A program made the translations under genes and the position numbers. Below are positions 46,383 through 56,451 of a DNA stretch of 64,000 nucleotides, one piece after another (position 1 is the stretch's first letter; each line of letters begins with the position of its first letter). Source of the stretch: an uncultured Desulfobacterales bacterium (GTDB lineage: Bacteria; Desulfobacterota; Desulfobacteria; Desulfobacterales; JBDRRP01). The notes beneath the pieces are model-generated. The model did no database searches. It was given only the letters and a program-made list of their open reading frames with translations, and was not told where the DNA came from. Where the stretch lies: positions 2,262-66,261 of the forward strand of contig CAYUOU010000008.1 of NCBI GenBank assembly GCA_964446485.1, in the 5' to 3' direction.

Positions 46383-47999
46383 ATGACCGTGATCGAAACC
46401 CAGATCGATACCCGATCGGATGCTTATCGGGAAAACTACGACACGATGGCGGAGCTCGTGGGGGACTTGAATGCGGAATTGAAAAAGTCATTGGAAGCGC
46501 GTTCGGAAAAATCCCTGAATCGGCTCAAGGAAACGGGCAAACTGTCCGTGCCGAAGAAACTGGCCCTGCTTCTCGACCCGAACACCCCCTTTCTCGAGAT
46601 CGGTCCCCTTGCCGCCAAGGGGATGTACGATGGCAAGATCCACAAGGCCGGCGTCATCATCGGCATCGGTGTCGTGGCCGGCAGAGAAGTACTGGTGTTT
46701 GCCAATGACCCCACCATCAAGGGCGGCGCCTCCTACCCCATGACCGTAAAAAAATCGCTTCGCGGCCAGACCATCGCCATGGAGAACCGACTGCCCATGG
46801 TCAATCTGTTGGATTCCGCCGGTGCGTTTCTGCCGATGCAATCCGAAATTTTCCCAGACGCCGACGATGGCGGCCGCGTTTTTTACAACCAGGCCCGCAT
46901 GAGCAAGATGGGCATCCCCCAGATCACCGCGGTCATGGGGCTTTGTACCGCTGGCGGTGCCTATATACCGGCCATGAGCGATGAGGTGGTCCACGTGCGG
47001 GGCCACGGTGCGATATTCCTTGGCGGGCCACCGCTGGTCAAAGCGGCCACGGGGGAAGAAGTCTCGGCGGACGAGCTGGGTGGCGCGGAGTTGCACTGTG
47101 CGGAATCGGGCGTTTCGGACTATTACGCCGATGACGACGCCCACGCCATAGAGATTATGCGGCAGATCGTTTCGCACTTGCCGGAAACACCAAAGACGCG
47201 GCTGACGAACCGGGTCCCGGCACCGCCAATCTATGACTCCAAAGAGATTTACGGCATTGTGCCCAGGGACATTGCCGCCCCTTACGATATCCGGGAGGTC
47301 ATCGCCCGCATTGTGGACGGCAGTGAATTCATCGAGTTCAAGGAAATGTACGGCGCGACCTTGGTCTGCGGGGTTGCCCACATCCATGGCTACCCGGTGG
47401 GCATCCTTGGCAACAACGGGATACTCTTCTCCGAAAGTGCCTTGAAGGGGACCCAGTTCATCCAGTTGTGCGACCGCCGTCAAATCCCCCTGGTTTTTTT
47501 GCAGAACATCACCGGCTTCATCATCGGTCGCGACTACGAGCGCGGCGGCATAACCAAGAACGGCCACAAGATGGTCAATGCCGTCTCCACGGCCACGGTG
47601 CCCAAATTCACGATCATGGTGGGCGCCTCCTTTGGCGCCGGCAACTACGCCATGTGCGGCCGTGCCTACAGCCCGCGGTTTCTCTGGACATGGCCCAACC
47701 ACCAGATCGGTGTGATGGGCGGGCAGCAGGCGGCCGACGTCCTGATCACCCTGCAAAACGACCAGCGGGCCAGGGCAGGTCAGCCGCCCCTCACCGATGA
47801 AGAAGTGGCCTTTATCCGGGAGCCGGTCACCGAAGCGGCCCTGAAAGAGGGCAATGCGTATCACAGCACGGCCAATCTTTGGGATGACGGCATTATCGAT
47901 CCGGCAAAGACCCGTGATGTTCTCGGGTTGAGCATTTCCGCCGCCCTTAATGCGCCTATTCGGGACGACCTCCCGGGTTATGGCATTTTCAGGATGTAA
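46383..47999 (+). CDS. acyl-CoA carboxylase carboxyltransferase (beta) subunit, methylcrotonyl-/geranyl-CoA carboxylase type
   Basis: 538 aa. It aligns along its length with remembered LiuB/AtuC sequences (LLDPNTPFLEIG, TVKGG, PQITAVMGLCTAGGAYIPAMSDE, IFLGGPPLVKAATGE). Confidence 0.93.
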   Translation: MTVIETQIDTRSDAYRENYDTMAELVGDLNAELKKSLEARSEKSLNRLKETGKLSVPKKLALLLDPNTPFLEIGPLAAKGMYDGKIHKAGVIIGIGVVAGREVLVFANDPTIKGGASYPMTVKKSLRGQTIAMENRLPMVNLLDSAGAFLPMQSEIFPDADDGGRVFYNQARMSKMGIPQITAVMGLCTAGGAYIPAMSDEVVHVRGHGAIFLGGPPLVKAATGEEVSADELGGAELHCAESGVSDYYADDDAHAIEIMRQIVSHLPETPKTRLTNRVPAPPIYDSKEIYGIVPRDIAAPYDIREVIARIVDGSEFIEFKEMYGATLVCGVAHIHGYPVGILGNNGILFSESALKGTQFIQLCDRRQIPLVFLQNITGFIIGRDYERGGITKNGHKMVNAVSTATVPKFTIMVGASFGAGNYAMCGRAYSPRFLWTWPNHQIGVMGGQQAADVLITLQNDQRARAGQPPLTDEEVAFIREPVTEAALKEGNAYHSTANLWDDGIIDPAKTRDVLGLSISAALNAPIRDDLPGYGIFRM

Positions 48000-48005
48000 C
48001 TCGGC

Positions 48006-48116
48006 TCCGTAAAAAGCCCGATATCTGCGTTACGCGCATCCCTCGTCATTGCGGCGTACCATGCGTACGCCGCAGTCCTCGGGATTCGCAAGCCTTGATA
48101 TCGAACCTTTTACGGA
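48006..48116. repeat. 111 nt inverted-repeat element (MITE/REP-like or structured RNA) between operon genes 1 and 2
   Basis: 20 nt terminal arms TCCGTAAAAAGCCCGATATC (48006-25) and GATATCGAACCTTTTACGGA (48097-116). Central perfect hairpin TGCGGCGTAC-CATGC-GTACGCCGCA (48050-74). Confidence 0.75.
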
Positions 48117-48166
48117 ACCGTCTGGGATGCAACGTTTTGCGCCGCCATCAATGTAAAGGAAATTGC

Positions 48167-49657
48167 ATGTTTAAGAAAATACTGGTTGCCAATCGCGGTG
48201 AGATCGCCCTTCGCATAATGCGCACCTGCCGGGAGATGGGCATTGGCACCGTGGCCGTCCATTCTGACGCTGACGCGGCGGCACTGCACACACTCAGCGC
48301 CGACGAAGCGTTTCATATCGGCCCGGCCGAACCGGCCCAAAGCTATTTAAGTATGGCGCGTGTCATCGATGCCGCACGGCGTACCGGTGCCGAGGCCATA
48401 CATCCGGGCTATGGTTTTTTGGCGGAAAATGCCGAATTCGCCAAGCAATGCGACACGGCGGGCATTGTCTTCATCGGACCACCGGCGCAGGTGATCCAAG
48501 ACTTGGGAGACAAAATCAAGGCTCGGGAGATCATGCGGCATGGTGGGGTGCCGGTGATTCCCGGCATGAGCGCAGCGGCGAGCGAGCCTGCCGAGCTGGC
48601 GACCCACGCCGAAGCCATCGGCTATCCGGTCCTCATCAAGGCCTCGGCCGGCGGCGGTGGCAAGGGAATGCGTATCGTAGCAGCGCCGGCCGACCTCGCC
48701 AATGCCTGCGAAGCGGCCTCACGGGAAGCCGACGCCGCCTTCGGCAGCGGCGTTGTTTATCTGGAGAAGTATCTGGTTAAATCCCGGCATGTGGAGATTC
48801 AGATTCTTGCCGACGGCCATGGCAATGCCATTCACCTTTTCGAGCGGGAATGCTCCATCCAGCGGCGGTATCAGAAGATCATCGAAGAGACACCCAGCCC
48901 GGCGCTCACGCCGGACCTGCGCGACGCCATGGGACGCGCCGCGGTGGCGGCTGCGCGGGCATCGGGCTATGTGAATGCGGGCACCGTGGAATTCATTCTG
49001 GGCCCGGAAGGCGAATTTTACTTTCTCGAAGTCAACACGCGGCTTCAGGTGGAGCACCCCATCACGGAAATGATCACCGGCGTGGATCTGGTGCGCCATC
49101 AGATTGAAATTGCCGCGGGGAGCCCGTTGCGCATCGCCCAGGAAGACCTCTTTGCCCGTGGACATGCCATCGAGTGCCGCATTTACGCCGAGGACCCGGA
49201 GCAGCGATTTCTCCCATCACCGGGAAGGATCGTCTTTCTCCAGGAGCCGGCGGGACCCGGCATCCGGAACGACTGCGGCGTGTATGGCGGATGCGATGTC
49301 CCCGTGGAATACGACCCCATCCTCTCCAAACTGGTGGTTCATGCCGAAAACCGTGAACTGGCCATCCAGCGGATGATCCGCGCGTTGGAATCCTATGCCA
49401 TTCTCGGGGTGAAAACACCCATCGGGTTTCTTATCGATGTCATTTCTTCGCAGCCCTTTAAAGACGGAGAGACCACCACCGATTTCATCGATGTGCATTT
49501 TGGAGACTGGTCGCCGGATCGCGGCGGTCTGGATCTGGCCGTCCTTGCCCATGCCGCCGATGCCATGGCGCCGAAGGGTTTCGGGCCCCAGGTCGCCGGG
49601 GTGGCTAAAAGGCTCCATGTCGGCCCCTGGCAGGCTCTGGGACACTGGCGGCATTGA
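48167..49657 (+). CDS. biotin carboxylase subunit (alpha-subunit N-terminal part, no BCCP domain)
   Basis: 496 aa from the ATG at 48167 with AAAGGA RBS, MFKKILVANRGEIALRI and a full ATP-grasp. It ends ~45 aa after the BC domain. Confidence 0.93.
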   Translation: MFKKILVANRGEIALRIMRTCREMGIGTVAVHSDADAAALHTLSADEAFHIGPAEPAQSYLSMARVIDAARRTGAEAIHPGYGFLAENAEFAKQCDTAGIVFIGPPAQVIQDLGDKIKAREIMRHGGVPVIPGMSAAASEPAELATHAEAIGYPVLIKASAGGGGKGMRIVAAPADLANACEAASREADAAFGSGVVYLEKYLVKSRHVEIQILADGHGNAIHLFERECSIQRRYQKIIEETPSPALTPDLRDAMGRAAVAAARASGYVNAGTVEFILGPEGEFYFLEVNTRLQVEHPITEMITGVDLVRHQIEIAAGSPLRIAQEDLFARGHAIECRIYAEDPEQRFLPSPGRIVFLQEPAGPGIRNDCGVYGGCDVPVEYDPILSKLVVHAENRELAIQRMIRALESYAILGVKTPIGFLIDVISSQPFKDGETTTDFIDVHFGDWSPDRGGLDLAVLAHAADAMAPKGFGPQVAGVAKRLHVGPWQALGHWRH

Positions 49658-49827
49658 CATTGGACACACCCTCCGGGACCGGTACATATCGGGTCGCACG
49701 GGCTATTCTCGTTCAGGCGGGATCACCGCTGACCACGGGATACAAAATGACCCAAACAATGCCGGAAACCGCTCTCGGAAGTTGACGACTACCAAACAGG
49801 CTGCCTACACACGTGGAGACCCACACC

Positions 49828-50349
49828 GTGGAATACAAGCTCAAACACAATGAAGACATGATTGCGCTATCCGTCAAATCCGACGGCGAGGCCCGGTTCA
49901 CGGCGGTTATCGGGGAAACGTCATTCGACGTGGCGTACCGTCGGATTTCCAATCACGAGATTCACCTGACCGTCGACGGTCGGCAAGTCGCGGCTTTCGT
50001 GGCCGATACGCCGGATGGCACGGCCGTGATGGTAAAGGGCCGTGCTTGGCTACTCCAGGAGGCTCCCGCGCGAGGCGCCCGCCCCGGGAAGGGGCTGAAG
50101 GGCGGCCCTTTGACGGTGAGCCCCCCCATGCCCGCGGTGGTCACCAAGATTCTGGTTGCCGAGGGCGAAACCGTAGAAAAAGGCCAGGGCGTGGTGGTGG
50201 TGTCCGCCATGAAAATGGATACGACGCTGGCGGCACCCTTTGACGGCGTGGTTGCCCGCATCAACGTGGCCGAGGGCGACAAAGTCACCCCCAAACAGGT
50301 GCTGGTGGATATCACGCCGGTGCCTGCCAATGAATCGGCTGAACCTTAG
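49828..50349 (+). CDS. biotin carboxyl carrier protein with N-terminal BT-like beta domain
   Basis: C-terminal biotinyl domain with VVVSAMKMDT (AMKM). The GTG at 49828 has a GGAGA SD; the ORF-track start is at 49813. Confidence 0.85.
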   Translation: MEYKLKHNEDMIALSVKSDGEARFTAVIGETSFDVAYRRISNHEIHLTVDGRQVAAFVADTPDGTAVMVKGRAWLLQEAPARGARPGKGLKGGPLTVSPPMPAVVTKILVAEGETVEKGQGVVVVSAMKMDTTLAAPFDGVVARINVAEGDKVTPKQVLVDITPVPANESAEP

Positions 50350-50416
50350 ACCGGCTGTTGAAAAAAAATATTGCGCTTGGCTATATGGCATTCAATCGGA
50401 GAAAGGAGACCCGGAT

Positions 50417-51184
50417 ATGGCTGACAAGGATTTGCTCTACCGTGTCGAGGGCCACGTGGCCATGATCACCGTCAACCGCGAAGCCTCACGCAACGCCATC
50501 ACTCCCGATGCGCTGGTGTTGTTTCATGAGGCGCTGGACCAGGCCCAGGCGGATGATGCCGTGCGTGTGGTCTGCCTCACCGGTGCCGGGGACAAGGCGT
50601 TTTGCTCCGGGGCCGATCTCGGCGGCGTATCAACGGACAATCTGGGCGTTTTCGAAACCTACGCCAGACTCATCAGCCGCTTGACCCGGTTCCCCAAACC
50701 CACGGTGGCCCGGATCAACGGGCATTGCATGGCCGGCGGCACGGGGCTCATGCTGGGCTGCGATATCGTCATCGCCAAAGACACGGCCAAATTCGGCACA
50801 CCGGAAGTCAACGTCGGGCTGTTCCCCATGATGATCGGGGCGCTGATTTTCAGGAATGTGCCTCGTAAAAAGGCCATGGAAATGATCCTGCTGGGTGAGA
50901 CGCTGACGGCTGACCAAGCCCTCGACATGGGCCTAGTCACCCGCGTGGCGCCGCCAACGGATTTCGATGCGGAAGTAGAACGGGTGTTGTCGGCGCTGGC
51001 GGAGAAAAGCCCCATCGGCATGCGACTGGGAAAGGCGGCGTTTGCCGGCGCGGAAGCCATGCCGCTGGAAGGCGCGGTGCACTTTCTTGCGGGAAAGCTT
51101 GCCGAGGTGGCCGCCACCGAAGACGCCAGGGAAGGCATCACCGCCTTTCTGGAAAGGCGGCGCCCCGCGTTCACGGGAAAGTAA
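50417..51184 (+). CDS. enoyl-CoA hydratase/isomerase (crotonase) family, methylglutaconyl-/isohexenylglutaconyl-CoA hydratase-like
   Basis: 255 aa from the ATG at 50417 with AAAGGAG RBS, and the GAGDKAFCSGADLGG oxyanion-hole region. Confidence 0.9.
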   Translation: MADKDLLYRVEGHVAMITVNREASRNAITPDALVLFHEALDQAQADDAVRVVCLTGAGDKAFCSGADLGGVSTDNLGVFETYARLISRLTRFPKPTVARINGHCMAGGTGLMLGCDIVIAKDTAKFGTPEVNVGLFPMMIGALIFRNVPRKKAMEMILLGETLTADQALDMGLVTRVAPPTDFDAEVERVLSALAEKSPIGMRLGKAAFAGAEAMPLEGAVHFLAGKLAEVAATEDAREGITAFLERRRPAFTGK

Positions 51185-51309
51185 TCCCCACCGTTGAGCG
51201 GCTGCCATCGAAAAGAAACGATGTGAACGACATGGCCCGTGGAGATCGCGAAGAACGGCAGGAGATGAAAAGGCCGCCCCCACACAAGGACGCTAATAGA
51301 GGCAAACCC

Positions 51310-53088
51310 ATGCCACACCCAACAGCCGGCGACCCCCTGATTGTCGCCAATTGCAGCGGATTTTTTGGTGACCGACTGACAGCGGCCAGAGAAATGGTTT
51401 GCGGCGGCCCCATCCATGTGCTCACCGGGGACTACCTGGCCGAACTGACCATGGCACTGCTCTTCAAAAAGAAACTCAAGGCCCCGGACGCAGGATACGT
51501 ACCCACATTTCTCGGCCAGATGGAAGACATCATGGGCATGTGCCTGGAGAAGCAGATTCGGGTTGTGACCAATGCCGGTGGGTTGAACCCCGCCGGTATG
51601 GTCCAGGCCCTGACCACCCTGGCGGGAACGTTGGGACTGGCACCCAAGATCGCCTATATCGACGGAGACGATCTGATGCCGCGTTTGGCGGAGCTCCAGG
51701 CCGCAGGAGAGGCGTTCGCTCACCTGGACAAGGGCATCGAACTGGCCGCGTCACAGGCCATGCCCATCACCGCCAATGCCTACCTGGGCGGCTGGGGCAT
51801 CGCTGACGCCCTGGAACGTGGTGCGGACATCGTTGTCTGCGGCAGGGTCGCCGACGCGGCGTTGGCGGCCGGCCCTGCGGCCTGGCATTTCGGCTGGAGT
51901 CGCACCGACTGGGATCGTCTGGCGGGCGCCTACGCCGCCGGTCATATCATCGAATGCGGCGCCCAGGCCTCAGGCGGCAATTATTCCTTCATCCACGAAG
52001 TGCCGTCTTTTCACAACGTGGGATTCCCCATCGCCGAGATTCACGCGGACGGCAGCTTCGTTATCACCAAGCACCCGGGCACCGGCGGCCGGGTCTCGGT
52101 GGGCACGGTGACGGCCCAACTTCTTTACGAAATCGACGCGCCGCGCTACCTGACGCCGGACGTGGTCGTGCGCTTCGACACCCTAGCACTGGAGCAAGAA
52201 GGCCCCGACCGGGTTCGGGTAGAGGGCACACGGGGAGCGCCGCCCCCGGAAACCGCCAAGGTCTGCATCAACACCCTGGGGGGGCATAAAAATGCCATGA
52301 CGGTGATCCTCACGGGGCTCGATATCGAGAAAAAAGCCGAAATCGTCACCGAGACCCTGTTCGAGAGTCTGGGGGGGCGCGACCGGTTTCAGACCGTGGA
52401 CGTGCAGCTCGTGCGATCCGACAAAGTCGATCCGCCGTCCAACGACGAAGCCTTTGCTTTCTTGCGCATCACGGTCATGGACCCCGACGCCAATAAGGCG
52501 GGAAAATCCTTTTCGGCCGCCGTTGTGGAGATGGCCCTGGCCAGCATCCCCGGCTTTACGCTGACCGCCCCGCCGACGGCAGGCTCCCCGGCCGTGGTTC
52601 ATTGGCCCGCGCTGGTATCCGCCCGGCACGTTTCTCAGCAGGTGCATGTAAACGGCGACACCGTTTCCGTGGAAGCCACACCGGCGGGTCACGGATCGTC
52701 GTCAGTGGCGCCGACCGTGCGGCAGCTCCCCCCCGTTCCCGGGGGCCGCATGGTGCAAGTGCCCCTGGGCCATGCCTTTGCCACCCGCGCGGGCGACAAA
52801 GGGGGAAATGCCAACCTGGGTATCTGGGCGCAGACACCCGAGGCGTATGCGTTTCTGGCAACATTTCTGACCACGGAAAAGCTACGGGCGCTACTGCGGG
52901 ACTGCACCCCCTTCGCCATCGACCGGTATGAACTGCCCAATTTGCTGGCGCTGAATTTCACTATTCGAGGCCTTTTGGGCGAGGGCGTGGCCGCCTCGGT
53001 GCGAAGCGACCCCCAGGCCAAAACCCTTGGGGAGTACTTGCGGGCAAAAATCATCGACATGCCGGCGTCGATCCTCGTCATAAAATAA
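51310..53088 (+). CDS. atuA: acyclic terpene utilisation AtuA-family protein (DUF1446 with fused DUF4387-like C-terminus)
   Basis: IVANCSGFFGDRLTAAREMV...VLTGDYLAELTM is the DUF1446 N-terminus. The C-terminal ~100 aa (AGDKGGNANLGIWA...) resembles the small partner domain. Alternative starts at 51223 and 51232. Confidence 0.85.
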   Translation: MPHPTAGDPLIVANCSGFFGDRLTAAREMVCGGPIHVLTGDYLAELTMALLFKKKLKAPDAGYVPTFLGQMEDIMGMCLEKQIRVVTNAGGLNPAGMVQALTTLAGTLGLAPKIAYIDGDDLMPRLAELQAAGEAFAHLDKGIELAASQAMPITANAYLGGWGIADALERGADIVVCGRVADAALAAGPAAWHFGWSRTDWDRLAGAYAAGHIIECGAQASGGNYSFIHEVPSFHNVGFPIAEIHADGSFVITKHPGTGGRVSVGTVTAQLLYEIDAPRYLTPDVVVRFDTLALEQEGPDRVRVEGTRGAPPPETAKVCINTLGGHKNAMTVILTGLDIEKKAEIVTETLFESLGGRDRFQTVDVQLVRSDKVDPPSNDEAFAFLRITVMDPDANKAGKSFSAAVVEMALASIPGFTLTAPPTAGSPAVVHWPALVSARHVSQQVHVNGDTVSVEATPAGHGSSSVAPTVRQLPPVPGGRMVQVPLGHAFATRAGDKGGNANLGIWAQTPEAYAFLATFLTTEKLRALLRDCTPFAIDRYELPNLLALNFTIRGLLGEGVAASVRSDPQAKTLGEYLRAKIIDMPASILVIK

Positions 53089-53168
53089 TATCGAAGCGCA
53101 AACGCATTTTGCGTGGTCTTCGGGCACTTGGCGTATAATCGGGCGGTTAGGCATGAAAGGGATCGACA

Positions 53169-53960
53169 ATGAAAGCGATCTGCAGCGATCTGGCCTGGGA
53201 GCAGCATTCCCTGGATGACCTGGTGAGCGGACTGGACGGGTCCGGGTGGGCGGCCGTCACCCGGTGCGCCGGGTGGACCGTCAAAGATGAGATCTGCCAT
53301 CTGGCATATTTCGATGCCACCGCTCGGCTGGCGGCCACCGACGCCGATGCGTTCACCCGTCACCTCATCGAGGACTTCGGTAAGATCAAAAGCATGGACG
53401 AGGTTGCCGAGATCACCCTGTCTCGGGGGCGCGCCATGGCCGTCGACGACCTGCTGGCGTGGTGGCGGGAGGAGCGCCGACGGCTCTTGGCGGCGTTGAC
53501 GGCACTGCGCCCCAAAGACCGTCTCGCCTGGTATGGTCCGCCCATGAGCGCTTTGTCGTTTGCCACGGCGCGACTCATGGAAACCTGGGCCCACGGGCAG
53601 GATGTCTACGATGTCCTGGGGCGTCGGCGGTCGGCGAGCCCGGGCCTCAGGCACATCGCGCATTTGGGTGTTTCCACCTTTGGCTGGAGTTTTTCCGTTC
53701 GCGGCCTGGAAGTCCCCGATACGCCGGTGCGTGTCGAATTGACGTCGCCTGCCGGCGAGCCATGGGTCTGGGGAGATGCGGCCTCCGTGGAGGCCATCGC
53801 CGGGGTGGCCGAAGACTTCTGCCTGGTGGTGACCCAGCGACGGCATGTGGACGACACCGACCTGGTCCTTACCGGCGATACGGCGCGCCAATGGATGCTG
53901 GTGGCGCAGGCCTTTGCGGGGCCGCCGGATAACGGGCCGCCCGCGGGAACTTTCGCATAG
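53169..53960 (+). CDS. DinB/MDMPI-like metal-binding protein, TIGR03084-type
   Basis: 263 aa with the N-terminal four-helix DinB-like pattern (GWTVKDEICHLAYFD...METWAHGQDV). The family assignment is from memory. Confidence 0.7.
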   Translation: MKAICSDLAWEQHSLDDLVSGLDGSGWAAVTRCAGWTVKDEICHLAYFDATARLAATDADAFTRHLIEDFGKIKSMDEVAEITLSRGRAMAVDDLLAWWREERRRLLAALTALRPKDRLAWYGPPMSALSFATARLMETWAHGQDVYDVLGRRRSASPGLRHIAHLGVSTFGWSFSVRGLEVPDTPVRVELTSPAGEPWVWGDAASVEAIAGVAEDFCLVVTQRRHVDDTDLVLTGDTARQWMLVAQAFAGPPDNGPPAGTFA

Positions 53961-53991
53961 ACCGCCTCAGGACGGATTAAGGAGACGCAGC

Positions 53992-55143
53992 ATGACCAAG
54001 AATTTATATTTCACCAAGGAACATGAACAGGTGCGCAAAGCGGTCCGGGATTTCGTGAACAAGCGTATCAACCCGTTTGTCGACGAATGGGAGGAAAACG
54101 GTATCGCCCCCCTGCACGATCTCTTCAAAGAGATGGGGGAACTCGGGTTTCTGGGCATTCGCTACGATCCGAAATACGGCGGAGAGGGCCTCGACTTCTG
54201 GTATGAAACGGTGATGCTGGAAGAAATCTCCCATATCCACTGCGGTGGCATCCCCATGGCCATCGCGGTTCAGACCAATATGGCCACCCCGGCCATCGCC
54301 GAATTCGGCAGCGAGCACCTGAAGGAAACCTATCTGAAGGCGGCCATACGAGGCGAGATGGTGGGGGCCATCGCCGTCACCGAGCCGGACGCCGGCTCCG
54401 ATGTGGCGGCCCTGAAATCATTTGCCAAAAAAGAGGGCGATGTCTACGTACTGAACGGATCTAAAACCTATATCACCAACGGCACGCAGGCGGATTTCCT
54501 CATGCTGCTGGCCCGGACCAGTGACGCGCCGGGTTACCACTGCTTCAGCTTGTTCGTCGTTCCCACCGACTTGCCGGGGTTCAAAGTCAGCAAAAAACTG
54601 GACAAGCTCGGTATGCGCAGCAGCGACACGGCAGAGCTTTACTTTGACAACGTGCGCATCCCCGCCGAGAATCTCATCGGCCAAGAGGGCGAGGGATTCA
54701 TCTACCAGATGCAGCAGTTCCAGCACGAACGCTTTGCCGCGCTGCCCATGAGCTACATCGGCGCGGAAGACATCATCCGGGATACCGTCGCTTATTTGAA
54801 GGGGCGGGTGGTTTTCGGAAAGCCGCTGATCAAAAAGCAGGTTTTGCGTCACCGCCTGGTGAACTGGCTCAGCGAGATCGAATGCCTTCGCCAGTTGACC
54901 TACCACATCGTGCGCATGAAAACCGCCGGCATGGATGCCACACGGGAGATTTCCATGGGCAAACTCATGGGCGGCCGGGTGTTGAACGCCGTTGCCGACG
55001 GATGCCTGCAGATGTTCGGCGGCATGGGGTTTATGAACGACATGCGGATATCCCGGGCCTTTCGGGATGCGCGGCTCATTTCCATCGGCGGCGGCGCGAG
55101 CGAAGTCATGAGCGACGTGTTGGCCAAGCTGGAAGGCTTTTAA
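53992..55143 (+). CDS. acyl-CoA dehydrogenase
   Basis: 383 aa with AAGGAG RBS, VTEPDAGSD, YITNG and the C-terminal catalytic region. Confidence 0.93.
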   Translation: MTKNLYFTKEHEQVRKAVRDFVNKRINPFVDEWEENGIAPLHDLFKEMGELGFLGIRYDPKYGGEGLDFWYETVMLEEISHIHCGGIPMAIAVQTNMATPAIAEFGSEHLKETYLKAAIRGEMVGAIAVTEPDAGSDVAALKSFAKKEGDVYVLNGSKTYITNGTQADFLMLLARTSDAPGYHCFSLFVVPTDLPGFKVSKKLDKLGMRSSDTAELYFDNVRIPAENLIGQEGEGFIYQMQQFQHERFAALPMSYIGAEDIIRDTVAYLKGRVVFGKPLIKKQVLRHRLVNWLSEIECLRQLTYHIVRMKTAGMDATREISMGKLMGGRVLNAVADGCLQMFGGMGFMNDMRISRAFRDARLISIGGGASEVMSDVLAKLEGF

Positions 55144-55203
55144 GCCAGGGGCCGGGAAACGACGCCTCGGTGCCTGCGGTGGTGGTTTCACGTAGGAGAG
55201 AAA

Positions 55204-56364
55204 ATGATGGCAACAAGCGGGAAGACGGCCGCGGGCCTCGACTACTTCACCAAGGAGCAGGAGCGGTTGCGTCAAACGGTTCTCGAAGTGGTAAAAAAAG
55301 AGGTGCTGCCCCACATCGACGACTGGGAAGAGGCCGGTGAATTCCCGCGATCCATTTACGCCCTGTTCGGGGATTTGGGATTTCTGGGGGTGGGCTTCCC
55401 CGAAGCGCTGGGGGGCTCCGGCGGCGATGTGTTCGATATCATCGCGGTCAGCGAAGCGTTGATGCGTGCCGGATCGGGCGGATTTGCCGCCGGTATCGGC
55501 TCCTTAAACATTGCCCTGCCGCCCATCGTCCAAAAAGGGACTGAGGCGCAAAAGGAGCGGTTCGTGAAGCCGGTGCTGGCGGGACGGCGCATCGCCGCAT
55601 TGGGCGTCACCGAGCCAGGCGGAGGTTCCGATGTGGCCAACCTCCAGACCACGGCCGTACGCGACGGGGGGTGTTACATCGTCAACGGCAGCAAGACCTT
55701 TATCACCAGCGGCGTCCGGGCCGACCAGTTGACCTGTGCGGTGCGCACCGGGGGGGACGGGGCTCACGGCATCAGTTTCTTGATCATCGAGAAAGACGCA
55801 CCCGGCTATTCGGTGGGTAAACCTTTGAAAAAGACCGGCTGGTGGGCTTCGGATACCGCCGAAATCTTTTTTGACAACTGTCGGGTGCCGGTTGAAAATC
55901 TCATCGGTGAAGAAAACCAGGGATTTTACACCATCATGGAGAACTTCCAGATGGAGCGCCTCCAGTTGTGCATCATGGCCAACATGACCGCACAACTCGC
56001 CCTGGAAGCAGCCCTCGAATACACCCAGTCGCGCACCGCCTTCGGCAAGCCGTTGCAGGGCTTCCAGGTCACCCGCCACAAGCTGGCCGATATGGCCACC
56101 CTGGCGACGGTGAGCCGGGAGTTCACCTATCGGGTGGCCGCAAAGATCAACGCCGGCATCGACCAGGTAAGAGAGATCTCAATGGCCAAAAACTTCGCCT
56201 GCAGCGTCGGCGACCGGGTCACCTACGATGCAGTGCAGTTTTTCGGCGGTTACGGATATATGCGCGGCACTCTGGTGGAGCGGCTCTACCGTGACAACCG
56301 CATCCTCTCCATCGGCGGCGGCACCACTGAGATAATGAAAGAAATCATTTCGAAACTGCTGTAG
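55204..56364 (+). CDS. acyl-CoA dehydrogenase (second paralogue)
   Basis: 386 aa, VTEPGGGSD, FITSG. It is paralogous to the preceding gene. Confidence 0.93.
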   Translation: MMATSGKTAAGLDYFTKEQERLRQTVLEVVKKEVLPHIDDWEEAGEFPRSIYALFGDLGFLGVGFPEALGGSGGDVFDIIAVSEALMRAGSGGFAAGIGSLNIALPPIVQKGTEAQKERFVKPVLAGRRIAALGVTEPGGGSDVANLQTTAVRDGGCYIVNGSKTFITSGVRADQLTCAVRTGGDGAHGISFLIIEKDAPGYSVGKPLKKTGWWASDTAEIFFDNCRVPVENLIGEENQGFYTIMENFQMERLQLCIMANMTAQLALEAALEYTQSRTAFGKPLQGFQVTRHKLADMATLATVSREFTYRVAAKINAGIDQVREISMAKNFACSVGDRVTYDAVQFFGGYGYMRGTLVERLYRDNRILSIGGGTTEIMKEIISKLL

Positions 56365-56451
56365 CGGTTTTCATTGTCCATCAACATTGAGCAGTAAATT
56401 CGACCGATTGCTCCTTTTTGCCAACCAAACACGATCACCCGAAAGGCCCCC

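Noticed and set aside
49658-49812. Idea that the BC/BCCP spacer is a frameshifted coding remnant of a single alpha-subunit gene.
   Set aside because: All frames contain stops (for example the TGA at 49783-85 in the BCCP frame). The combined length of the two proteins already equals a full alpha subunit, so the spacer adds nothing homologous.
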